DNA from: Eledone cirrhosa
Taxonomy: Eukaryota
Length of the DNA: 64,000 nt
Assembly: GCA_964016885.1 (NCBI GenBank)
Contig: OZ024743.1
Location: 141,360,001 to 141,424,000 of the forward strand
Direction of reading: 5' to 3'
Shown: positions 11,701 to 24,469 of the stretch, one piece after another
Position numbering within the stretch: the stretch's first letter is position 1
Layout: every line of letters starts with the position of its first letter
Translations under genes and position numbers: made by a program
The notes under the pieces: model-generated
What the model saw: only the letters and a program-made list of their open reading frames with translations
What the model was told of the DNA's origin: nothing
Database searches by the model: none

Positions 11701-14700
11701 TTGGTGTTTGGTGTTTGGTGCTTGGTGCTTGGTGTTTGGTGCTTGGTGTTTGGTGTTTCGTGTTTGATGCTTGGTGTTTGCTGCTTGGTGCTTGGTGCTT
11801 GGTGTTTTGTGTTTGGTGCTTGGTGCTTGGTGCCTGCTGCTTGGTGCTTGGTGCTTGTTGTTTGGTGCTTGGTGCTTGGTGATTAGTGTTTGGTGCTTGG
11901 TGCTTGGTGCTTGGTGTTTGGTGCTTGGTGCTTGGTGTTTGGTGCTTGGTGCTTGGTGTTTGGTGTTTGGCGTTTGCTGTTTGCTGTTTGGTGTTTGGTG
12001 TTTGCTGTTTGGTGTTTGCTGTTTGGTGTTTGGTGTTTGGTGCTTGCTGTTTGGTGCTTGGTGCTTGGTGTTTGGTGTTTGGTGTTTGGTGCTTGGTGCT
12101 TGGTGTTTGGTGCTTGGTGCTTGGTGCTGGGTGTTTGGTGCTTGGTGCTTGGTGTTTGGTGCTTGGTGCTTGGTGCCTGGTGTTTGGTCCTTGGTGCTTG
12201 GTGCTTGGTGCTTGGTGCTTTCTGTTTGGTGTTTGGTTCTTGGTGCTTGGTGTTTGGTGTTTGGTGTTTGGTGCTTGGTGCTTGGTGCTTGGTGTTTGGT
12301 GCTTGGTGCTTGGTGATTAGTGTTTGGTGATTGGTGCTTGGGGTTTGGTGTTTGGTGCTTGGTGTTTGGTGCTTGGTGCTTGCTGTTTGGTGTTTGGTGT
12401 TTGGTTCTTGGTGCTTGGTGTTTGGTGTTTGGTGTTTGGTGCTTGGTGCTTGGTGCTTGGTGTTTGGTGCTTGGTGCTTGGTGCTTGGTGTTTGGTGCTG
12501 CGTGCTTGGTGTTTGGTGTTTGGTGCTTGGTGCCTGGGGCTTGTTGTTTGGTGTTTGGTGCTTAGTGCTTGGTGTTTGGTGTTTGGTGCTTGGTGCTTGG
12601 TGGCTGGTGCTTGGTGCTTGGTGTTTGGAGTTTGGTGCTTGGTGCTTGGTGCCTGGTGTTTCGTGCTTGGTGCTTGGTGCTTGGTGTTTGGTGTTTGGTG
12701 TTTGGTGTTTGGTGTTTGGTACTTGGTGCTTGGTGCTTGGTGTTTGGTGCTTGGTGTTTGGTGATTGGTGCTTGGTGCTTGGTGCTTGGTGCTTGGTGTT
12801 AGGTGTTTGGTCCTTGGTCCTTGGTGCTTGTTGTTTGGTGTTTTGTGCTTGGTGCTTGGCGTTTGGTGTTTGGCGCTAGGGGCTTGGTGCTTGATGCTTG
12901 GTGTTTGGTGCTTGGTGCTTGCTGTTTGGTGTTTGGTGCTTGGTGCGTGGGACTTAGTGTTTGGTGTTTGGTGTTTGGTGTTTGGTGCTTGGTGTTTGGT
13001 GCTTGGTGCTTGGTGTTTGGTGTTTGGTGCTTAGTGCTTGGGGCTTGGTGTTTGGTGCTTGGTGTTTGGTGTTTGGTGCTTGGTGCTTTGTGTTTGGCGC
13101 TTGGTGCTTGGTGCTTGGTGTTTGGTGCTTGGTGCTTGGTGCTTGGTGCTTGGTGATTAGTGTTTGGTGCTTGGTGCTTGGTGCCTGGTGCTTGGTGCTT
13201 GGTGCTTGTTGTTTGGTGCTTGGTGTTTGGTGCTTGGTGTTTGGTGCTTGGTGCTTGGTGTTTGGTGTTTGGTGCTTGGTGCTTGGGGCTTGGTCTTTGG
13301 TGCTTAGTGTTTGGTGCTTGGTGTTTGGTGCTTGGTGCTTGGTGCTTGGTGTTTGGTGTTTGGTGTTTGGTGCTTGGTGTTTGGTGCTTGGTGCTTGGTG
13401 CTGGGTGGTTGGTGTTTGGTGTTTGGTGCTTGGTGCTTCGTGCTTATTGTTTGGTGCTTGGTGCTTGGTGCTTGGTGCTTGGTCTTTGGTGCTTGGTGTT
13501 TGGTGTTTGGTACTTGGTGCCTGGTGTTTGGCGCTTGGTGCTTGGTGCTTGGTGTTTGGTGCTTGGTGTTTGGTGCTTGGTGATTAGTGTTTGGTGCTTG
13601 GTGCTTGGTGCCTGGTGCTTGGTGCTTGGTGCTTGATGTTTGGTGCTTGGTGCTTGGTGATTATTGTTTGGTGCTTGGTGCTTTGGGTTTGGTGTTTGGT
13701 GCTTGGGGTTTGGTGTTTGGTGCTTGGTGCTTGGTGTTTGGTGCTTGGTGCTTGGTGTTTGGTGCTTGGTGCTTTGTGTTTGGTGCTTGGTGTTTGGTGC
13801 TTGGTGCTTGGTGCTTGGTTCTTGGTGTTAGGTGTTTGGTGCTTGGTGATTGGTGTTTGATGTTAGGTTCTTGGTGCTTGGTGTTTGGTGCTTGCTGCTT
13901 GGTGCTTGGTGTTTTGTGTTTGGAGTTTGGTGCTTGGTGTTTGGTGCTTCGGTCTTGGTGTTTGGTGTTTGGTGCTTGGTGCCTGGGGCTTGTTGTTTGG
14001 TGTTTGGTGCTTAGTGCTTGGTGTTTGGTGTTTGGTGCTTGGTGCTTGGTGGCTGGTGCTTGGTGCTTGGTGTTTGCAGTTTGTGCTTGGTGCTTGGTGC
14101 CTGGTGTTTCGTGCTTGGTGCTTGGTGCTTGGTGTTTGGTGTTTGGTGCTTGGTGTTTGGTGTTTGGTACTTGGTGCTTGGTGCTTGGTGTTTGGTGCTT
14201 GGTGTTTGGTGCTTGGTGCTTGGTGCTTGGTGCTTGGTGTCAGGTGTTTGGTGCTTGGTGCTTGGTGTTTGATGTTTGGTCCTTGGTGCTTGTTGTTTGG
14301 TGTTTGGTGCTTCGTGCTTGGTGTTTGGTGTTTGGTGCTTGCTGCTTGCTGCTTGGTGTTTGGTGCTTGGTGATTGGTGCTTGGTGTTTTGTGCTTGGTG
14401 CTTGGTGTTTGGTGTTTGCTGCTAGGGGCTTGGTGCTTGATGCTTGGTGTTTGGTGCTTGGTGCTTGCTGTTTGGTGTTTGGTGCTTGGTGCGTGGGACT
14501 TAGTGTTTGGTGTTTGGTGCTTGGTGTTTGGTGCTTGGTGTTTGGTGCTTGGTGCTTGGTGTTTGGTGTTTGGTGCTTGGTGCTTGGGGCTTGGTCTTTG
14601 GTGCTTAGTGTTTGGTGCTTGGTGTTTGGTGCTTGGTGCTTGGTGCTTGGTGTTTGGTGTTTGGTGTTTGGTGCTTGGTGTTTGGCGCTTGTTGCTTGGT

Positions 14701-17585
14701 GCTGGGTGGTTGGTGTTTGGTGTTTGGTGCTTGGTGCTTGGTGCTTATTGTTTGGTGCTTGGTGCTTGGTGCTTGGTGCTTGGTCTTTGGTGCTTGGTGT
14801 TTGGTGTTTGGTGCTTGGTGCCTGGTGTTTGGCGCTTGGTGCTTGGTGCTTGGTGTTTGCTGCTTGGTGTTTGGTGCTTGGTGATTAGTGTTTGGTGCTT
14901 GGTGCTTGGTGCCTGGTGCTTGGTGCTTGGTGCTTGATGTTTGGTGCTTGGTGATTAGTGTTTGGTGCTTGGTGCTTTGGGTTTGGTGTTTGGTGCTTGG
15001 GGTTTGGTGTTTGGTGCTTGGTGCTTGGTGTTTGGTGCTTGGTGCTTGGTGTTTGGTGCTTGGTGCTTTGTGTTTGGTGCTTGGTGTTTGGTGTTTGGTG
15101 CTTGGTGCTTGGTGCTTCGGTCTTGGTGTTTGGTGTTTGGTGCTTGATGCTTGGTGTTTGGTGTTTGGTGCCTGGTGCTTGGTGTTCGGTGCTTGGTGTT
15201 TGGTGTTTGGTGATTGGTGCTTGGTGTTTGGTGCTTGGTGCTTGGTGCTTGGTGCTTGGTGTTAGGCGTTTGGTGCTTGGTGCTTGGTGTTTGATGTTTG
15301 GTCCATTGTGCTTGGTGTTTGGTATTTTGTGCTTGGTGCTTGGTGTTTGGTGTTTGGTGCTTGGTGCTTGGTGTTTGGTGTTTGGTGCTTGCTGCTTGCT
15401 GCTTGGTGTTTGGTGCTAGGGGCTTGGTGCTTGGTGTTTCGTGTTTGGTGCTTGGTGCTTGGTGTTTGGTGTTTGGTGCTTGGTGCGTGGGACTTGGTCT
15501 TTGGTGCTTGGTGCTTGGTGCTTGGTGTTTGGTGCTTGGTGCCGGGTGCTTGGTGTTTGGTGTTTGGTGCTTGGTGTTTGGTGCTTGTTGTTTGGTGCTT
15601 GGTGTTCGGTGCTTGGTGCTTGGTGCTTGGTGCTTGGTGTTTGGTGTTTGGTGCTTGGTGATTGGTGTTTGATGTTTGGTCCTTGGTGCTTGGTGTTTGG
15701 TGTTGTGTGTTTGGTGATTGGTGCTTGGTGTTTGGTGCTTGGTTCTTGGTGCTTGGTGTTTGGCGTTTGCTGTTTGCTGTTTGGTGGTTGGTGTTTGCTG
15801 TTTGGTGTTTGCTGTTTGGTGTTTGGTGCTTGGTGCTTGCGGTTTGGTGTTTGGTGCTTGGGGTTTGGTGTTTGGTGCTTGGTGCTTGCTGCTTGGTGCT
15901 TGGTGTTTGGTGCTTGGTGCTTGGTGTTTGGTGTTTGGTGCTTGGGGTTTGGTGTTTGGTGCTTGGTGCATGGAGTTTGGTGCTTGGTGCTTGGTGTTTG
16001 GAGTTTGGTGCTTGGTGCTTGGTGCCTGGTGCTTGTTGTTTGGTGTTTGGTGCTTAGTGGTTGGTGTTTGGTGTTTGGTGCTTGGTGCTTGGTGGCTGGT
16101 GTTTGGTGCTTGGTGTTTGGAGTTTGGTGTTTGGTGCTTGGTGCCTGGTGTTTCGTGCTTGGTGCTTGGTGCTTGGTGTCTGGTGTTTGGTGCTTGGTGT
16201 TTGGTGTTTGGTACTTGGTGCTTGGTGCTTGGTGCTTGGTGTTTGGTGCTTGGTGTTTGATGCTGCGTGCTTGGTGTTTGGTGTTTGGTGCTTGGTGCTT
16301 GGTGTTTGGTATTTGGAGCTTGGTGCCTGGTGCTTGTTGTTTGGTGTTTTGTGCTTGGTGCTTGGTGTTTGGTGTTTGGCGTTTGGTGCTTGGTGCTTGG
16401 TATCTGGTTTTTGGTGCTTGATGTTTGGTGTTTGGTGCTTGGTGCTTGGTGCTTGGTGTTTGGTGTTTGGTGCTTGGTGCTTGGTGTTTGGTGCTTGGTG
16501 TTTGGTGTTTCGTGTTTGATGCTTGGTGTTTGCTGCTTGGTGCTTGGTGCTTGGTGTTTTGTGTTTGGTGCTTGGTGCTTGGTGCCTGCTGCTTGGTGCT
16601 TGGTGCTTGTTGTTTGGTGCTTGGTGCTTGGTGATTAGTGTTTGGTGCTTGGTGCTTGGTGGTTGGTGTTTGGTGCTTGGTGCTTGGTGTTTGGTGCTTG
16701 GTGCTTGGTGTTTGGTGTTTGGCGTTTGCTGTTTGCTGTTTGGTGTTTGGTGTTTGCTGTTTGGTGTTTGCTGTTTGGTGTTTGGTGTTTGGTGCTTGCT
16801 GTTTGGTGCTTGGTGCTTGGTGTTTGGTGTTTGGTGTTTGGTGCTTGGTGCTTGGTGTTTGGTGCTTGGTGCTTGGTGCTGGGTGTTTGGTGCTTGGTGC
16901 TTGGTGTTTGGTGCTTGGTGCTTGGTGCCTGGTGTTTGGTCCTTGGTGCTTGGTGCTTGGTGCTTGGTGCTTGCTGTTTGGTGTTTGGTGTTTGGTTCTT
17001 GGTGCTTGGTGTTTGGTGTTTGGTGTTTGGTGCTTGGTGCTTGGTGCTTGGTGTTTGGTGCTTGGTGCTTGGTGATTAGTGTTTGGTGATTGGTGCTTGG
17101 GGTTTGGTGTTTGGTGCTTGGTGTTTGGTGCTTGGTGCTTGCTGTTTGGTGTTTGGTGTTTGGTTCTTGGTGCTTGGTGTTTGGTGTTTGGTGTTTGGTG
17201 CTTGGTGCTTGGTGCTTGGTGTTTGCTGCTTGGTGCTTGGTGCTTGGTGTTTGGTGCTGCGTGCTTGGTGTTTGGTGTTTGGTGCTTGGTGCCTGGGGCT
17301 TGTTGTTTGGTGTTTGGTGCTTAGTGCTTGGTGTTTGGTGTTTGGTGCTTGGTGCTTGGTGGCTGGTGCTTGGTGCTTGGTGTTTGGAGTTTGGTGCTTG
17401 GTGCTTGGTGCCTGGTGTTTCGTGCTTGGTGCTTGGTGCTTGGTGTTTGGTGTTTGGTGTTTGGTGTTTGGTGTTTGGTACTTGGTGCTTGGTGCTTGGT
17501 GTTTGGTGCTTGGTGTTTGGTGATTGGTGCTTGGTGCTTGGTGCTTGGTGCTTGGTGTTAGGTGTTTGGTCCTTGGTCCTTGGTG
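5820..17585 (+). repeat. Near-identical tandem duplication, period 5879/5886 bp (copies ~5820-11698 and ~11699-17585)
   Basis: Offsets 6007/11886, 6441/12320, 7281/13160, 7708/13587 and 9009/14888 all equal 5879 (840x7-1). After one extra heptamer near 15090, offsets 9555/15441, 10752/16638 and 11193/17079 equal 5886. The junction is just after TTGGTCCTTGGTCC at ~11695. Confidence 0.92.
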
Positions 17586-20450
17586 CTTGTTGTTTGGTGT
17601 TTTGTGCTTGGTGCTTGGCGTTTGGTGTTTGGCGCTAGGGGCTTGGTGCTTGATGCTTGGTGTTTGGTGCTTGGTGCTTGCTGTTTGGTGTTTGGTGCTT
17701 GGTGCGTGGGACTTAGTGTTTGGTGTTTGGTGTTTGGTGCTTGGTGTTTGGTGCTTGGTGCTTGGTGTTTGGTGTTTGGTGCTTAGTGCTTGGGGCTTGG
17801 TGTTTGGTGCTTGGTGTTTGGTGTTTGGTGATTGGTGCTTGGTGTTTGGTGCTTGGTGCTTGGTGCTTGGTGCTTGGTGTTAGGCGTTTGGTGCTTGGTG
17901 CTTGGTGTTTGATGTTTGGTCCATTGTGCTTGGTGTTTGGTATTTTGTGCTTGGTGCTTGGTGTTTGGTGTTTGGTGCTTGGTGCTTGGTGTTTGGTGTT
18001 TGGTGCTTGCTGCTTGCTGCTTGGTGTTTGGTGCTAGGGGCTTGGTGCTTGGTGTTTCGTGTTTGGTGCTTGGTGCTTGGTGTTTGGTGTTTGGTGCTTG
18101 GTGCGTGGGACTTGGTCTTTGGTGCTTGGTGCTTGGTGCTTGGTGTTTGGTGCTTGGTGCCGGGTGCTTGGTGTTTGGTGTTTGGTGCTTGGTGTTTGGT
18201 GCTTGTTGTTTGGTGCTTGGTGTTCGGTGCTTGGTGCTTGGTGCTTGGTGCTTGGTGTTTGGTGTTTGGTGCTTGGTGATTGGTGTTTGATGTTTGGTCC
18301 TTGGTGCTTGGTGTTTGGTGTTGTGTGTTTGGTGATTGGTGCTTGGTGTTTGGTGCTTGGTTCTTGGTGCTTGGTGTTTGGCGTTTGCTGTTTGCTGTTT
18401 GGTGGTTGGTGTTTGCTGTTTGGTGTTTGCTGTTTGGTGTTTGGTGCTTGGTGCTTGCGGTTTGGTGTTTGGTGCTTGGGGTTTGGTGTTTGGTGCTTGG
18501 TGCTTGCTGCTTGGTGCTTGGTGTTTGGTGCTTGGTGCTTGGTGTTTGGTGTTTGGTGCTTGGGGTTTGGTGTTTGGTGCTTGGTGCATGGAGTTTGGTG
18601 CTTGGTGCTTGGTGTTTGGAGTTTGGTGCTTGGTGCTTGGTGCCTGGTGCTTGTTGTTTGGTGTTTGGTGCTTAGTGGTTGGTGTTTGGTGTTTGGTGCT
18701 TGGTGCTTGGTGGCTGGTGTTTGGTGCTTGGTGTTTGGAGTTTGGTGTTTGGTGCTTGGTGCCTGGTGTTTCGTGCTTGGTGCTTGGTGCTTGGTGTCTG
18801 GTGTTTGGTGCTTGGTGTTTGGTGTTTGGTACTTGGTGCTTGGTGCTTGGTGCTTGGTGTTTGGTGCTTGGTGTTTGATGCTGCGTGCTTGGTGTTTGGT
18901 GTTTGGTGCTTGGTGCTTGGTGTTTGGTATTTGGAGCTTGGTGCCTGGTGCTTGTTGTTTGGTGTTTTGTGCTTGGTGCTTGGTGTTTGGTGTTTGGCGT
19001 TTGGTGCTTGGTGCTTGGTATCTGGTTTTTGGTGCTTGATGTTTGGTGTTTGGTGCTTGGTGCTTGGTGCTTGGTGTTTGGTGTTTGGTGCTTGGTGCTT
19101 GGTGTTTGGTGCTTGGTGTTTCGTGTTTCGTGTTTGATGCTTGGTGTTTGCTGCTTGGTGCTTGGTGCTTGGTGTTTTGTGTTTGGTGCTTGGTGCTTGG
19201 TGCCTGCTGCTTGGTGCTTGGTGCTTGTTGTTTGGTGCTTGGTGCTTGGTGATTAGTGTTTGGTGCTTGGTGCTTGGTGGTTGGTGTTTGGTGCTTGGTG
19301 CTTGGTGTTTGGTGCTTGGTGCTTGGTGTTTGGTGTTTGGCGTTTGCTGTTTGCTGTTTGGTGTTTGGTGTTTGCTGTTTGGTGTTTGCTGTTTGGTGTT
19401 TGGTGTTTGGTGCTTGCTGTTTGGTGCTTGGTGCTTGGTGTTTGGTGTTTGGTGTTTGGTGCTTGGTGCTTGGTGTTTGGTGCTTGGTGCTTGGTGCTGG
19501 GTGTTTGGTGCTTGGTGCTTGGTGTTTGGTGCTTGGTGCTTGGTGCCTGGTGTTTGGTCCTTGGTGCTTGGTGCTTGGTGCTTGGTGCTTGCTGTTTGGT
19601 GTTTGGTGTTTGGTTCTTGGTGCTTGGTGTTTGGTGTTTGGTGTTTGGTGCTTGGTGCTTGGTGCTTGGTGTTTGGTGCTTGGTGCTTGGTGATTAGTGT
19701 TTGGTGATTGGTGCTTGGGGTTTGGTGTTTGGTGCTTGGTGTTTGGTGCTTGGTGCTTGCTGTTTGGTGTTTGGTGTTTGGTTCTTGGTGCTTGGTGTTT
19801 GGTGTTTGGTGTTTGGTGCTTGGTGCTTGGTGCTTGGTGTTTGCTGCTTGGTGCTTGGTGCTTGGTGTTTGGTGCTGCGTGCTTGGTGTTTGGTGTTTGG
19901 TGCTTGGTGCCTGGGGCTTGTTGTTTGGTGTTTGGTGCTTAGTGCTTGGTGTTTGGTGTTTGGTGCTTGGTGCTTGGTGGCTGGTGCTTGGTGCTTGGTG
20001 TTTGGAGTTTGGTGCTTGGTGCTTGGTGCCTGGTGTTTCGTGCTTGGTGCTTGGTGCTTGGTGTTTGGTGTTTGGTGTTTGGTGTTTGGTGTTTGGTACT
20101 TGGTGCTTGGTGCTTGGTGTTTGGTGCTTGGTGTTTGGTGATTGGTGCTTGGTGCTTGGTGCTTGGTGCTTGGTGTTAGGTGTTTGGTCCTTGGTCCTTG
20201 GTGCTTGTTGTTTGGTGTTTTGTGCTTGGTGCTTGGCGTTTGGTGTTTGGCGCTAGGGGCTTGGTGCTTGATGCTTGGTGTTTGGTGCTTGGTGCTTGCT
20301 GTTTGGTGTTTGGTGCTTGGTGCGTGGGACTTAGTGTTTGGTGTTTGGTGTTTGGTGCTTGGTGTTTGGTGCTTGGTGCTTGGTGTTTGGTGTTTGGTGC
20401 TTAGTGCTTGGGGCTTGGTGTTTGGTGCTTGGTGTTTGGTGTTTGGTGCT
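15210..20450 (+). repeat. Near-identical tandem duplication, period 2618 bp (374 heptamers)
   Basis: Offsets 15284/17902, 15441/18059, GCCGGG 15541/18159, 16638/19256, 17079/19697 and 17562/20180 all equal 2618. The junction is near 17825. Confidence 0.92.
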
Positions 20451-20929
20451 TGGTGCTTTGTGTTTGGCGCTTGGTGCTTGGTGCTTGGTGTTTGGTGCTT
20501 GGTGCTTGGTGCTTGGTGCTTGGTGATTAGTGTTTGGTGCTTGGTGCTTGGTGCCTGGTGCTTGGTGCTTGGTGCTTGTTGTTTGGTGCTTGGTGTTTGG
20601 TGCTTGGTGTTTGGTGCTTGGTGCTTGGTGTTTGGTGTTTGGTGCTTGGTGCTTGGGGCTTGGTCTTTGGTGCTTAGTGTTTGGTGCTTGGTGTTTGGTG
20701 CTTGGTGTTTGGTGCTTGGTGCTTGGTGCTTGGTGCTTGGTGTCAGGTGTTTGGTGCTTGGTGCTTGGTGTTTGATGTTTGGTCCTTGGTGCTTGTTGTT
20801 TGGTGTTTGGTGCTTCGTGCTTGGTGTTTGGTGTTTGGTGCTTGCTGCTTGCTGCTTGGTGTTTGGTGCTTGGTGATTGGTGCTTGGTGTTTTGTGCTTG
20901 GTGCTTGGTGTTTGGTGTTTGGTGCTTAG

Positions 20930-23400
20930 TGCTTGGTGCTTGGTGTTTGGTGTTTGGTGTTTGGTGCTTGGTGTTTGGTGCTTGGTGCTTGGTGCTGGGT
21001 GGTTGGTGTTTGGTGTTTGGTGCTTGGTGCTTCGTGCTTATTGTTTGGTGCTTGGTGCTTGGTGCTTGGTGCTTGGTCTTTGGTGCTTGGTGTTTGGTGT
21101 TTGGTACTTGGTGCCTGGTGTTTGGCGCTTGGTGCTTGGTGCTTGGTGTTTGGTGCTTGGTGTTTGGTGCTTGGTGATTAGTGTTTGGTGCTTGGTGCTT
21201 GGTGCCTGGTGCTTGGTGCTTGGTGCTTGATGTTTGGTGCTTGGTGCTTGGTGATTATTGTTTGGTGCTTGGTGCTTTGGGTTTGGTGTTTGGTGCTTGG
21301 GGTTTGGTGTTTGGTGCTTGGTGCTTGGTGTTTGGTGCTTGGTGCTTGGTGTTTGGTGCTTGGTGCTTTGTGTTTGGTGCTTGGTGTTTGGTGCTTGGTG
21401 CTTGGTGCTTGGTTCTTGGTGTTAGGTGTTTGGTGCTTGGTGATTGGTGTTTGATGTTAGGTTCTTGGTGCTTGGTGTTTGGTGCTTGCTGCTTGGTGCT
21501 TGGTGTTTTGTGTTTGGAGTTTGGTGCTTGGTGTTTGGTGCTTCGGTCTTGGTGTTTGGTGTTTGGTGCTTGGTGCCTGGGGCTTGTTGTTTGGTGTTTG
21601 GTGCTTAGTGCTTGGTGTTTGGTGTTTGGTGCTTGGTGGCTGGTGCTTGGTGCTTGGTGTTTGCAGTTTGTGCTTGGTGCTTGGTGCCTGGTGTTTCGTG
21701 CTTGGTGCTTGGTGCTTGGTGTTTGGTGTTTGGTGCTTGGTGTTTGGTGTTTGGTACTTGGTGCTTGGTGCTTGGTGTTTGGTGCTTGGTGTTTGGTGCT
21801 TGGTGCTTGGTGCTTGGTGCTTGGTGTCAGGTGTTTGGTGCTTGGTGCTTGGTGTTTGATGTTTGGTCCTTGGTGCTTGTTGTTTGGTGTTTGGTGCTTC
21901 GTGCTTGGTGTTTGGTGTTTGGTGCTTGCTGCTTGCTGCTTGGTGTTTGGTGCTTGGTGATTGGTGCTTGGTGTTTTGTGCTTGGTGCTTGGTGTTTGGT
22001 GTTTGCTGCTAGGGGCTTGGTGCTTGATGCTTGGTGTTTGGTGCTTGGTGCTTGCTGTTTGGTGTTTGGTGCTTGGTGCGTGGGACTTAGTGTTTGGTGT
22101 TTGGTGCTTGGTGTTTGGTGCTTGGTGTTTGGTGCTTGGTGCTTGGTGTTTGGTGTTTGGTGCTTGGTGCTTGGGGCTTGGTCTTTGGTGCTTAGTGTTT
22201 GGTGCTTCGTGTTTGGTGCTTGGTGCTTGGTGCTTGGTGTTTGGTGTTTGGTGCTTGGTGCTTGGTGTTTGGTGCTTGTTGCTTGGTGCTGGGTGGTTGG
22301 TGTTTGGTGTTTGGTGCTTGGAGCTTGGTGCTTATTGTTTGGTGCTTGGTGCTTGGTGCTTCGTGCTTGGTCTTTGGTGCTTGGTGTTTGGTGTTTGGTG
22401 CTTAGTGCCTGGTGTTTGGCGCTTGGTGCTTGGTGCTTGGTGTTTGCTGCTTGGTGTTTGGTGCTTGGTGATTAGTGTTTGGTGCTTGGTGCTTGGTGCC
22501 TGGTGCTTGGTGCTTGGTGCTTGATGTTTGGTGCTTGGTGATTAGTGTTTGGTGCTTGGTGCTTTGGGTTTGGTGTTTGGTGCTTGGGCTTTGGTGTTTG
22601 GTGCTTGGTGCTTGGTGTTTGGTGCTTGGTGCTTGGTGTTTGGTGCTTGGTGCTTTGTGTTTGGTGCTTGGTGTTTGGTGCTTGGTGCTTGGTGCTTCGG
22701 TCTTGGTGTTTGGTGTTTGGTGCTTGGTGCTTGGTGTTTGGTGTTTGGTGCCTGGTGCTTGGTGTTCGGTGCTTGGTGTTTGGTGTTTGGTGATTGGTGC
22801 TTGGTGTTTGGTGCTTGGTGCTTGGTGCTTGGTGCTTGGTGTTAGGCGTTTGGTGCTTGGTGCTTGGTGTTTGATGTTTGGTCCATTGTGCTTGGTGTTT
22901 GGTATTTTGTGCTTGGTGCTTGGTGTTTGGTGTTTGGTGCTTGGTGCTTGGTGTTTGGTGTTTGGTGCTTGCTGCTTGCTGCTTGGTGTTTGGTGCTAGG
23001 GGCTTGGTGCTTGGTGTTTCGTGTTTGGTGCTTGGTGCTTGGTGTTTGGTGTTTGGTGCTTGGTGCGTGGGACTTGGTCTTTGGTGCTTGGTGTTTGGTG
23101 CTTGGTGTTTGGTGCTTGGTGCCGGGTGCTTGGTGTTTGGTGTTTGGTGCTTGGTGTTTGGTGCTTGTTGTTTGGTGCTTGGTGTTCGGTGCTTGGTGCT
23201 TGGTGCTTGGTGCTTGGTCTTTGGTGTTTGGTGCTTGGTGATTGGTCTTTGATGTTTGGTCCTTGGTGCTTGGTCTTTGGTGTTGTGTGCTTGCTGATTG
23301 GTGCTTGGTGTTTGGTGCTTGGTTCTTGGTGCTTGGTGTTTGGCGTTTGCTGTTTGCTGTTTGGTGGTTGGTGTTTGCTGTTTGGTGTTTGCTGTTTGGT
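20930..23400 (+). repeat. Further, more diverged partial copy of the left-family higher-order repeat
   Basis: Carries the left-family markers GATTATTG (~21253), TTGCAGT-TTGTGC (21661), GTCAGG (~21826), CCATTGTG (~22883) and GCCGGG (23121) in the same order as 13360-15800, plus private substitutions at 22200-22410 and 23215-23295. Confidence 0.85.
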
Positions 23401-24469
23401 GCTTGCTGTTTGGTGCTTGGTGCTTGGTGTTTGGTGTTTGGTGCTTGGTGTTTGGTGCTTGGTGCTTGGTGCTGGGTGTTTGGTGCTTGGTGCTTGGTGT
23501 TTGGTGCTTGGTGCTTGGTGCTTGGTGTTTGGTCCTTGGTGCTTGGTGCTTGGTCTTTGGTGCTTGGGTGTTGGTCTTTGGTGCTTGGTGCTTGGTGTTT
23601 GGTGCTTGGTGCTTGGTGCTTGGTGTTTGGTGCTTGCTGCTTGGTGCTTGGTGTTTGGTGCTTGGTGCTTGGTGATTAGTGTTTGGTGATTGGTGCTTGG
23701 GGTTTGGTGTTTAGGGCTTGGTGTTTGGTGCTTGGTGCTTGCTGTTTGGTGTTTGGTGCTGGGTGTTAGGTGCTTGGTGCTTGGTGTTTGGTGCTTGGTG
23801 CTTGGTGCTTGGTGCTTGGTGTTTGGTGCTTGGTGCTTGGTACTTGGTGCTTGCTGTTTGGTGTTTGGTGTTTGGTTCTTGGTGCTTGGTGTTTGGTGTT
23901 TGGTGTTTGGTGCTTGGTGCTTGGTGCTTGGTGTTTGGTGCTTGGGGTTTGGTGTTTGGTGCTTGGTGTTTGGTGCTTGGTGCTTGCTGTTTGGTGTTTG
24001 GTGTTTGGTTCTTGGTGTTTGGTGTTTGGTATTTGGTGTTTGGTGCTTGGTGCTTGGTGCTTGGTGTTTGGTGCTTGGTGCTTGGTGCTTGGTGTTTTGT
24101 GTTTGGTGCTTGGTACTTGGTGATTAGTGTTTGGTGCTTGGTGCTTGCGGTTTGGTGTTTGGTGCTTGGGGTTTGGTGTTTGGTGCTTGGTGCTTGCTGC
24201 TTGGTGCTTGGTGTTTGGTGCTTGGTGCTTGGTGTTTGGTGTTTGGTGCTTGGGGTTTGGTGTTTGGTGCTTGGTGCTTGGAGTTTGGTGCTTGGTGCTT
24301 GGTGTTTGGAGTTTGGTGTTTGGTGCTTGGTGCCTGGTGTTTCGTGCTTGGTGCTTGGTGCTTGGTGTCTGGTGTTTGGTGCTTGGTGCTTGGTGTTTGG
24401 TGTTTGGTGCTTGGGGTTTGGTGTTTGGTGCTTGGTGCTTGGAGTTTGGTGCTTGGTGCTTGGTGATTA

